Positions 9,496 through 18,009 of a stretch of DNA of 64,000 bases are shown in pieces. Position 1 is the first letter of the stretch. The number at the start of each line of letters is the position of its first letter. The notes beneath the pieces are model-generated. The model saw nothing but the letters and a program-made list of their open reading frames with translations, was not told the origin of the DNA and ran no database searches. The DNA lies in contig CBDETK010000013.1 of the NCBI GenBank assembly GCA_965242865.1, forward strand, positions 3,872,001-3,936,000, written 5' to 3'. The position numbers and the translations under genes are program-made. The DNA is from Candidatus Latescibacterota bacterium. Its GTDB lineage: Bacteria > Latescibacterota > UBA2968 > UBA8231.

Positions 9496-10119
9496 ATGGC
9501 TAAAGAAAAAAAGAAGACCTCGCGTCAAGCTTATGGCATCACAGTACTCAAAGCCGCACACCCTCGGGTGCGTGCTCACAAAAAGAAGCACGAACCCTGC
9601 ATCCACGGCAACAAATTCTGGAATGTAAGCTGGTGCGTGATGGACTTCCTCGCGCATCAGGGCCTACCGCCAAAAACGCGGGTTTTGGATATAGGCTGCG
9701 GTTGGGGCCTCGCCGGGATATACTGCGCCAAAAACCACGACGCCAAAGTCACGGCCATGGACGCGGACGCAGCGGTCTTTCCCTACTTGCAGCTACACGC
9801 CGAGATCAACGGCGTCGAGATAAAAACTTGGCACTGCAAGTTCAAGAACGTCAAAAAGAAAAACCTGCGCCGAACCAACCTGATCATCGGGGCCGACATT
9901 TGCTTCTGGGACGATATGGTTGATCCGCTCTACAAGCTGATCAAAAAGGCGGTCGAAGTTGAGGTCGGTCAGGTCATCATCGCCGATCCGGGCCGACCGC
10001 CCTTTCACGAGCTGAGCGAGAAGGTCATCGCAAAGCTCGGCGGCGAGCTCAAGGAGTGGGAAATCAACGGCGCGGTCAAAGCCGACGCATACCTGCTCAT
10101 CGCGGGTGCGCTGCCCTAA
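9496..10119 (+). CDS. Class I SAM methyltransferase (protein-lysine MTase / Methyltransf_16-like)
   Basis: 'GNKFW', VLDIGCGWG, 'IIGADICF', 'IIADPGR'. Confidence 0.8.
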   Translation: MAKEKKKTSRQAYGITVLKAAHPRVRAHKKKHEPCIHGNKFWNVSWCVMDFLAHQGLPPKTRVLDIGCGWGLAGIYCAKNHDAKVTAMDADAAVFPYLQLHAEINGVEIKTWHCKFKNVKKKNLRRTNLIIGADICFWDDMVDPLYKLIKKAVEVEVGQVIIADPGRPPFHELSEKVIAKLGGELKEWEINGAVKADAYLLIAGALP

Positions 10120-10155
10120 GAATTCACGCGGCGAGACGCGCTTGACGAAGCTCGC

Positions 10156-11124
10156 TCAGAACCAGTTTCCTTTATCGACCACATTCACCAACTCCGCGCC
10201 GCGGGCGAAACGCTGGCAATTTTCCACCAGCAGCTCGCGCCGGCGCTCCTCCAAATAAGGGCCGGCCGCGGCCACGTGCGGGGTCATCAGGAAGTTCGGG
10301 GCTGTCCACAGCGGGTGCTCCGGCGGCAGCGGCTCCTCCTCAAACACATCTAGACCGGCCCCGGCGATCTGGCCTTCGCGCAGAGCTTGATCGAGGTCGG
10401 CCAACTGGACGTTCGCGCCGCGACCGATGTTGACGAAGTACGCGGTAGTTTTCATCTGCTCGAACTGGGCGCTGGTGAAAAGGCCCTCGGTCTGCGGCGT
10501 CTGCGGCGCAGTAACTAGGACAAAGTCCGCCCTCGGCAGGAGCGAGTTGAGCAACTCAGGGCGGTATAACTCGTCAACGCCCGGCGGCGGCGACTCAACG
10601 CGGGGATCGACGCCCAGGGTCGTCATGCCCCAATGCTTGCACTGACGCGCGGTCTCTGCGCCAATCCCGCCGACGCCGACGATCAGCGCGGTGGCTTCAG
10701 GCAGGTACGTTGAAAGGCTCGATTCCCCTTCGCCGCGCCACTGGCCGGCGAACTGGGCGCGGAAGTAGCGGTGCATACCGCGCGCGAGCGCGAGCACAAA
10801 GGCCATGATATGGGCCGAGATGTGGTCGTTGAAGATGCCGCGAAAATTGGTCACCACCACGTCGCTGGCGACGAGTTCCGGGAAGTAATACCCCTTGGGC
10901 GGGCCAGCGGCTGGAGCGGCCAACCACTTGAGCTGGACGGCTGCGGCCAACAACTCCCGGTCCAAGGTGCCGAAACAGGCTTGCGCCGTGGGGAGAGCGG
11001 CTAGGGCTTGGGCGCGGCTTTCGCAATGGACGATCTCCAGCGCGGGGACGGCCGCGGACATGGCCGCGGCTAGGGCGCGGGTGCGCTCGCTGGCGGGTGA
11101 CAAAAAGACGAATTTGAAAGACAT
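10156..11124 (-). CDS. D-2-hydroxyacid dehydrogenase
   Basis: IVGVGGIG, 'FVNIGRG', 'AGLDVFEEEPL', 'MTPHVA'. Confidence 0.92.
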   Translation of the reverse strand: MSFKFVFLSPASERTRALAAAMSAAVPALEIVHCESRAQALAALPTAQACFGTLDRELLAAAVQLKWLAAPAAGPPKGYYFPELVASDVVVTNFRGIFNDHISAHIMAFVLALARGMHRYFRAQFAGQWRGEGESSLSTYLPEATALIVGVGGIGAETARQCKHWGMTTLGVDPRVESPPPGVDELYRPELLNSLLPRADFVLVTAPQTPQTEGLFTSAQFEQMKTTAYFVNIGRGANVQLADLDQALREGQIAGAGLDVFEEEPLPPEHPLWTAPNFLMTPHVAAAGPYLEERRRELLVENCQRFARGAELVNVVDKGNWF

Positions 11125-11368
11125 CGGGCTCCTTTCGCTGGGGCGTGATTGAGAGGCCGAAAAAGCGTGCGCAAGGCCGTGGACTAGGCACCCGACGGAG
11201 GGCGAGACGCCCTCCATCCTAGACGAATCGGGGCACCAGAAAGACCTAGGCGTCGCGTACTTAGGCTTGAGCCTCTAAGGATTGGCGCAATATACCGCTC
11301 AGCACCAGCGGCGACAATCAGTTGACCGGATGGGCCTTTGGCGCGACTATTTCCCTACCGGATAACCG

Positions 11369-11755
11369 ATGAAACCCGCGACCTGTTCCCAAATACCACC
11401 GGCCGAAATGGCGGCCTACCGAGCCGCCGCCCGCCAGCGCAACCGCGCCGAAAAGGAGCGTCTGCACCTCCGTCGTCAGCGTGCTTGGACCCTAGCGCGG
11501 CAGGCCGCCCGCCTACTCGAGGAACGCTTCAACGCCGAGCGAGTGGTGCTCTTCGGCTCGCTGGCCCACGAGGACCGGTTCAACCGCTGGTCCGATGTAG
11601 ATATCGCCGCTTGGGGCCTCCGGCCCGAGGACGTTTGGCGAGCACTCGGAGCGGTCATGGACCTCGACTCAGAGATTGCAGTGGATTTGGTCGATATGGC
11701 CTGCTGCCGCCCCTCTCTAAGAGCGGTTATCGAGCGCGAAGGAGTTGAGCTATGA
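11369..11755 (+). CDS. MNT (minimal nucleotidyltransferase) antitoxin, type VII TA-like
   Basis: 'VVLFGSLA..SDVDIA..VDLVD..IEREGVEL'. Confidence 0.88.
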   Translation: MKPATCSQIPPAEMAAYRAAARQRNRAEKERLHLRRQRAWTLARQAARLLEERFNAERVVLFGSLAHEDRFNRWSDVDIAAWGLRPEDVWRALGAVMDLDSEIAVDLVDMACCRPSLRAVIEREGVEL

Positions 11756-11853
11756 TCGCCCGCCACCTCGTCAACGCCGAACGCATCTGCCGAGAATTGG
11801 AAAACATCGAGGAGGTCGTCACTTATCTGCGCGCCCTCGGGTATCTAGCGTGA
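11752..11853 (+). pseudogene. 33-codon remnant: probable HEPN-toxin N-terminus fused to an unrelated C-terminal tail
   Basis: ATGA overlap with MNT; translation MIARHLVNAERICRELENIEEVVTYLRALGYLA*. Confidence 0.5.
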
Positions 11854-12929
11854 CCGCCGCCCATCTATTCGTCTTATTGCTCGTCTTGGCTGGGTGCGGT
11901 GAAGAGGCGAGCGTGGGTAGCACCCCAAGCGGCGACTGTGCTGGCAACATTCTGCCGGGCAACCACATCGTGCGCTCGCGTGCCGATGCGGACGCGCTGG
12001 AGAAGAAGGGGCGATGCAATTACACCATTGCCGGCGATCTCGAAATTACGCGCCTGAACCTCGCCCTTTTCGAGGGGCTGAATCAGCTCAGCGCCGTGGA
12101 TGGCAACCTCAGTATCTACGACAACGACGAGCTCAAAAACTTTGAGGGCCTGCGCGACCTCGCCTCTGTGGGCGGCGACGTCGCCATCCACGACAACGGC
12201 GAACTCGTCAATCTCAAGGGGCTATCCTTCCTCCACACCGTCGGCGGGCACTTTAGCGTCTCCCACAACGACAAGCTGGTCGCCGTAGATGGCCTCATCA
12301 AACTCAACGCGGTCGGCGGCAATGTCCGCATCGACAACAACAACCAATTGGCCGATGTCGATGGCTTGTTCGGCCTCACCGCAGTCGGCGGCAGCTTTAT
12401 CATTGCGTTCAACCCCTCTCTTGTGCTCGTAGAAGACCTTTCTAATCTCAGCAGCGTGCGCGGCGACTTCGTCGTCGAGGACAACTGGGCCCTCACCGCG
12501 CTAGAAGACGTATCGGCTCTAAAGGAGATTGGCGGCAGCTTGCGGATTGGCCGCAACGCCGCGTTGGACCTCGTCGAGGACGTATTGAGCCTAACGCACA
12601 TCGGCCAAGACCTGAGCATTTACAGCAACCCGCGGCTGACGAGCATGGCCGGGCTGGCCCAGCTCAGCCGCGTCGGGCGCGATCTCAATATCTACAACAA
12701 CGAAAAATTGACCGCTTTGGCGGGGTTGGAAAGCCTAGAGCAGGTCGGGCGCGATCTCAACCTCTACAACAACGAAAAATTGACCAGTCTCGCCGGGCTG
12801 GCCCAGCTCGTCGGCATTGGGCGCAACGTGCTCATCGTCGAAAACGGCAACGTACCGACGAGCGAGGCCCAAGCCTTGGCCGAGCGGGCCGCGGCCGGCG
12901 AGGTGTCCATCGCCGACAACGCGGATTAA
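11850..12929 (+). CDS. Receptor L-domain / leucine-rich-repeat lipoprotein
   Basis: Lipobox LAGC after a hydrophobic stretch from GTG 11850; tandem ~24-aa repeats such as VGRDLNIYNNEKLTALAGLESLEQ. Confidence 0.8.
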   Translation: MTAAHLFVLLLVLAGCGEEASVGSTPSGDCAGNILPGNHIVRSRADADALEKKGRCNYTIAGDLEITRLNLALFEGLNQLSAVDGNLSIYDNDELKNFEGLRDLASVGGDVAIHDNGELVNLKGLSFLHTVGGHFSVSHNDKLVAVDGLIKLNAVGGNVRIDNNNQLADVDGLFGLTAVGGSFIIAFNPSLVLVEDLSNLSSVRGDFVVEDNWALTALEDVSALKEIGGSLRIGRNAALDLVEDVLSLTHIGQDLSIYSNPRLTSMAGLAQLSRVGRDLNIYNNEKLTALAGLESLEQVGRDLNLYNNEKLTSLAGLAQLVGIGRNVLIVENGNVPTSEAQALAERAAAGEVSIADNAD

Positions 12930-13670
12930 GCCATCCCAGTAATAACCTGCTCTACCTCGGCAACGGTCGTCTCCTTGGGATCGATGTCGGCGGCGACGAC
13001 GCGGCCTTGGCGCAGCACCACGATCCGGTCCACAACCTCAAAGACGTGGTGGATGTTGTGCGCGATAAAAATGCAGGAGTGGCCCGAGTCGCGGGCGTTG
13101 CGGACGAAGCGCAAGACGCCTTGGGTCTCGGCCACTCCTAGGTTGTTGGTCGGCTCGTCGAGAATGATCAGCTCGCTATCGAAATACATGGCGCGCAATG
13201 GCCACGGATTGACGCTCGCCGCCCGACAACGCGCCAATGGGCGTCGTGGGGGGAATGTCCTTTTCAATGCCCACCTGATTGAGCAGGGCACGGGCCACCT
13301 TGGCCATGGCGTCTTGGTCCATGCGCCCCAAAAACGCCGGGCCTTTTAGGGGCTCGCGGCCTAAGAAAAAATTCCGCGCAATGGACAGTTCCGCTACGAG
13401 GGCGGAGTCTTGGTAGATGGTCTCAATGCCGTAGCCAATGGCGTCGGCCGTGCTCTTTATGTCGGCTCTCGCGCCGCGAATGAAGATGGCACCGCTACTG
13501 GCGGGGACGGCCCCAGAGAGAATTTTGATCAGGGTGGATTTACCGGCCCCATTGTCGCCGAGCAAGCCGACGATTTCGCGCTCGTTGACCGTCAGGTGGA
13601 CGTTTTCGAGGGCATGCACCCGGCCGTAGGACTTGCTGATGTTTTTCATCTGGACTAGTGGGGTAGTCAA
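12926..13670 (-). pseudogene. Sugar ABC transporter ATP-binding protein, frameshifted
   Basis: Walker A GDNGAGKS and LSGGERQ in ORF 13176..13670; Walker B IILDEPT and H-loop in ORF 12926..13291; apparent 2-bp loss in a GC run near 13192. Confidence 0.85.
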
Positions 13671-13673
13671 AGG

Positions 13674-15825
13674 TCAGTCACCCCCGATAAAGTTGGCGAT
13701 GGCGCGGGCTTCGGCTTCAGTGATATTCAACGACGACTTGAATGTGCCCGGGGCAAACGCCCGCGGATTGGTGAGAAACCGCTCCAAACTATCTGGCGTC
13801 CACACCTCGTCTCGCGAGCGGAGGGCGTCTGAGAACAGGTAGCCGCTGGCTGCGCCCGCCCGCCGACCCACCACCCCGACCAGATGCGGCCCCCTGCCGT
13901 GCTGCTCGACATTCAAGCTATGACAACCGCTGCAATGCGCGTCGTATAGCTGAGTGCCAGTCGCCGCGACGGTCTCCACCGTATCCGGGCAGTCAATCGT
14001 ATAGACGCTGTTCGACTTAGCCTCATTACTACAGTGGGTGTAGGATCGGCTCAGGAAATGGATCTGCCCCCCATCGGCCAATAACGCGAGACGTCGATCC
14101 GGCATTTGCGCCAGATCCCGGATACGGGCACCAACTCCAATGCGCTCAACGTATTGTACCTCCGTGCCATCGCGGCGGACGCGAAAGAGCGCGTGGCCGC
14201 GATGTGCTGCGCCGGAAAGCGAACCGATCAGCAGATCGTCTTTCCACAGGGGGAACAACCGCTCGTCATTGACGATGATGCCGGAGATGCCGATGGACGG
14301 CACCCACGCGAAAACGGGCGTTATAAAGCCATCGTGGCATCCCACCTCTTCGTCGTTGGGCAGGATAACTTCTCTACCATACCCGATGCCATACGTAACC
14401 TGCGGCCAACCGTAATTGCCGCCCGGTTCCAGCACGTTGAGTTCATCGCCGCCCCGCGGTCCGTGCTCGGTTTCCCACAAGGTGCCGGCCGCGTCCCGGG
14501 CGAATCCCTGCGGGTTGCGGAGGCCGAAGGCCAGCGTCTCCGCCCGGCCAGTCTCGATTTCGATACGGACGAGCTTGCCCAAGTGCGAGTCTGGGTCTTG
14601 AGCGTACTCAGAGAGTTTTTGATCTCCAATTACGACCAACAAGTGGCCGGGGCTGTCCGTCACCATCCGGCCGCCTGCTTGCTCGGATGCGGCACTCAGG
14701 CAAGGCTCCGCATCAAAGATCGTCCTCCACGCCGACGATACCGACACGTCCGTGCCTTGTTGCACAAGCGTCGTAGCGGACAACCTGAACCGGATGCACT
14801 CGCCGGTGAAATAGTGATGCGTCACAAACAGTTCATATTGCCCCGCCGAATGCTGTTTCAACAAAATGTCGGCCACTCGAAACAGGTACGAGCCGAAATT
14901 TGCTTGGTCCGGGTGTACTTGGAGTTCCTCCTTATTCATCGGCACGTTCCCTTCGAGATACACCACCTCCCGGTTTGGGCGCACCAGCGCGAACTTCCCC
15001 CGCGGCGTTGCCACGAGCAAGTCGTTGCCCAACGGCGCGATAGCACCACCTCTCACGGGATCCTGCCGGAGCCGGACCCACACTGATTGCAGTTTATACA
15101 AGTGCGTCTTGAGTTCCTTGGCGGGACCGACGACGCCCAACACCGCTGTCGCCGAGTACGACGCGCCCTCTTTGTCATAGTCCACCTGCACTGACACGCG
15201 CTTCCCTTGCATGTCCGGCCCCATGAAGTACTGCCAAGACGGTCGATCTGGATTCCTCGGCAACACCTTGCAATCAGACCCATCCGCACTACAAATAAAC
15301 CAATGCCACGCCGACCGATTCACAAATGGACGCCGATTGTATAAGCCAACCTCTACGGTTTCTCCCACCAACAGCGGTACGCCGCCGCTAATCGCATCGG
15401 CTGGGGTCGCTTGCAGCACGGGGGCTGTTATCGCAACCGGGGCCGACCACTCGGAGGGCCCCGCGGCGTTGACAGCGGCCACCCGAACCTCATACTCCAT
15501 GCCGCTCATCGCCCATCTATCTGTGATGGTATAGGGCGAAGAGGGCGTGGTGTATGAGCTCCAAGCGGGAACGAGTTGGTTTTTCGGTCGGATGGCGACC
15601 TTGTAACTCGTCGCGCCGGGGATTGTGCGCCAAGCAACGGTCAGGCGTCGGTTGGCAGTGCTCACGGCGACTTGGTACTGGTTATCGGTGGTGCTTTTGA
15701 TGTCCAAACAGCCAGCGGATGCCAACAACATGAGCAAGAGAGCAAGGGCCGAAATTTGGGAGCGAATTTTCGGGGGGGGGGGGCAACTTATTGTTTTTCA
15801 ATGACTTACGTAAATTATCTAACAT
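13674..15825 (-). CDS. FN3 + PQQ-dependent glucose/sorbosone dehydrogenase + cytochrome c lipoprotein, paralog A (out of frame at the C12 tract)
   Basis: FN3 'YEVRVAAVNAAGPSEWS', GSDH 'GLRNPQG..ETEHGPRGGDELN..GGNYGWP', CSGCH, lipobox SAGC; the ATG 15825 homologous to paralog C's start is shifted relative to ORF 13674..15737. Confidence 0.8.
15772..15783 (-). repeat. C12 homopolymer in the leader (frame-breaking)
   Basis: 12 G on + strand; 11 or 14 would restore the frame. Confidence 0.85.
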
Positions 15826-15894
15826 TATTGCTCCAAAGGTGTCCAACCGGGAACAGATATTATAAAGCAAAACCTTATTACACGCTCCCCGGAT

Positions 15895-17805
15895 TCATCG
15901 CCCCGTATCCGCGCAGTCAATCGCATAGACGCTGCGGTTCCTCTTAGCCTCATCGTTGCAGTGGGCGTAGGAGCGGCTCAGAAAATGAACCTGTCCCCTA
16001 TCAACCAACAGCGCGAGACGTCGATCCGGCATTTGCGCCAGATCCCGGATTCGGTCGCCAATGTCAATGCGCTCGACGTATTGCACAGCCGTGCCATCGC
16101 GGCGGACTCGAAAGAGCGCGTGGCCGCTAGCCGAGGTGCCGGAAAGCGAACCGATCAGCAGGTCGTCTCTCCACAGGGGGAACCATCGCTCGTCATTGAC
16201 GATGAGGCTGGAGATGCCGATGGACGGCACCCACGCGAAAGCGGGCTTTGTGAAGCCATCGTGGAGCCCCACCTCTTCGGCTCGGGTCACATTAACCCTT
16301 CTAACCTTTTTTCCATACCCAACGCCGTACGTAACCTGCGGCCAACCGTAGTTGCCGCCCGCTACCAGCACGTTGAGTTCATCGCCGCCCTGCGGTCCGT
16401 GCTCGGTTTCCCACAGGTTGCCGTCCTCGTCCCGGGCGAGCCCCTGCGGATTGTGGAGGCCCAAGGCCAGCGTCTCCGCCCGCCCGGTCTCGATTTCGAC
16501 GCGGACGAGCTTGCCCAAGTGCGAGTTCGAGGCTTGAGAGCGGCTCCCATAACCATGATCTCCAATTGCGACCAACAAGTGGTCGGGGCCGTCGGTCACC
16601 ATCCGGCCGCCCGCTACTTCTCCGCGAATGCCGGATATGGGGGGGATGCAGGGTTCGGCGTCGAATATCGTTCTCCACGCCGACGAGACCGACACGGCCG
16701 CGCCTTGTTGCACAAGCGTCGTAGCGGACAACCGGAATCGGAGGCACGTACCAGTGAAATAGTGATGCGTCACAAACAGTTCATATTGCCCCGCCGAATG
16801 CCGCTTCAACAAAATGTCGGCCACTCGAAACTGGCTCAAGGGGAGATTTTCCCGGTCCGGGTGTGCTTGGAGTTCGGCCCTGTTCATCGGCACGTTTCCC
16901 GCGAGATAGGCCACCTCCCCGGTTGAGGACACCAGCGCGAGCCGCCCCCACGGCGTGGCCACGAGCAAGTCGTTGCCCAACGGCGCGAGAGCACCGCCGC
17001 GGGCGTGATCCCATTGAAGCCAGACCTGCAACGATTGCAGATCATACAAGTGCGTCGGGAGCGGCTGGGGGCGGCTTAGAGCGGGGGGCAGGCTACCGCA
17101 CTGCGGACCATACAGGTGCGTCGTGGGGGCCTCGGCCGAGCCGACGACGCCCAACACCGCCATCGCCGAGTACGACGCGCCCTCTTGGTCGTAGTCCACC
17201 TGCACCGACAGGCACTTCCCCTGCATGGCCGGCTCCATGAAGTACTGCCAAGACGGTCGATTTTGACTCCTCGGCAATACCTTGCAATCAGACCCGTCCT
17301 CGCTGCAAATAGACCAATGCCACCGCGACCTGTTCACAAATGGATGCCGACTGCGCAAGGTAACGACTACGGTTTCTCCCACCAGCGGAGGCGCGAAGCC
17401 GCCAATCGCATCGGCCGGAGCCGCTTGGAGAGAGGGAGCTGTTATCGCAACCGGGGCCGACCACTCGGATTGCCCCTCGGCGTTGGCCGCGGCTACCCGA
17501 ACCTCATACTCCATCCCGCTCATCGCCCACATCTTCGCGATGGTATAGGGCGAGGAGGGCGCGGTGTATTCGCGCCAAGCGGGGACGAGTTGGTTTTTCG
17601 GTCGGATGGCGATCTGATAACTCGTCGCGCCGGGGATTTCGCGCCAAGCGACGGTCAGGCGTCGGTTGGAAGCACTAATGGCGATTTCGGTGGGCGCACC
17701 GAGGGCTTCCACCTTGTCGGGAGGGCCGTTGGCATCGCATGCCAACAGCGTGAGCAATAGGGCAAGCGCCGAAACTCGGGAGCGAATTTTCGGGGGAAAA
17801 CTCAT
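15895..17805 (-). CDS. FN3 + glucose/sorbosone dehydrogenase lipoprotein, paralog B (no cytochrome c domain)
   Basis: Lipobox LLAC, same FN3 and GSDH motifs, ends VYAIDCADTGR* before the heme domain. Confidence 0.85.
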   Translation of the reverse strand: MSFPPKIRSRVSALALLLTLLACDANGPPDKVEALGAPTEIAISASNRRLTVAWREIPGATSYQIAIRPKNQLVPAWREYTAPSSPYTIAKMWAMSGMEYEVRVAAANAEGQSEWSAPVAITAPSLQAAPADAIGGFAPPLVGETVVVTLRSRHPFVNRSRWHWSICSEDGSDCKVLPRSQNRPSWQYFMEPAMQGKCLSVQVDYDQEGASYSAMAVLGVVGSAEAPTTHLYGPQCGSLPPALSRPQPLPTHLYDLQSLQVWLQWDHARGGALAPLGNDLLVATPWGRLALVSSTGEVAYLAGNVPMNRAELQAHPDRENLPLSQFRVADILLKRHSAGQYELFVTHHYFTGTCLRFRLSATTLVQQGAAVSVSSAWRTIFDAEPCIPPISGIRGEVAGGRMVTDGPDHLLVAIGDHGYGSRSQASNSHLGKLVRVEIETGRAETLALGLHNPQGLARDEDGNLWETEHGPQGGDELNVLVAGGNYGWPQVTYGVGYGKKVRRVNVTRAEEVGLHDGFTKPAFAWVPSIGISSLIVNDERWFPLWRDDLLIGSLSGTSASGHALFRVRRDGTAVQYVERIDIGDRIRDLAQMPDRRLALLVDRGQVHFLSRSYAHCNDEAKRNRSVYAIDCADTGR

Positions 17806-18009
17806 TGATACGACAATCCTCTAACACTGTCGAGCCAACGATGTCCATGCGTAACCTAACGGATTATAGAAGAATCAAACGTTAGCAGCAAAAAGGCCAG
17901 CGAAACCCGCTCGGCCCCCAGTGCCTTGACGCGAAAGAGCAGATTAAACCGAGCAGAGGAAGCAATGACGGAATGGGCAAACGCCCCCGAAGGCCGCACA
18001 GCGGCTGGC

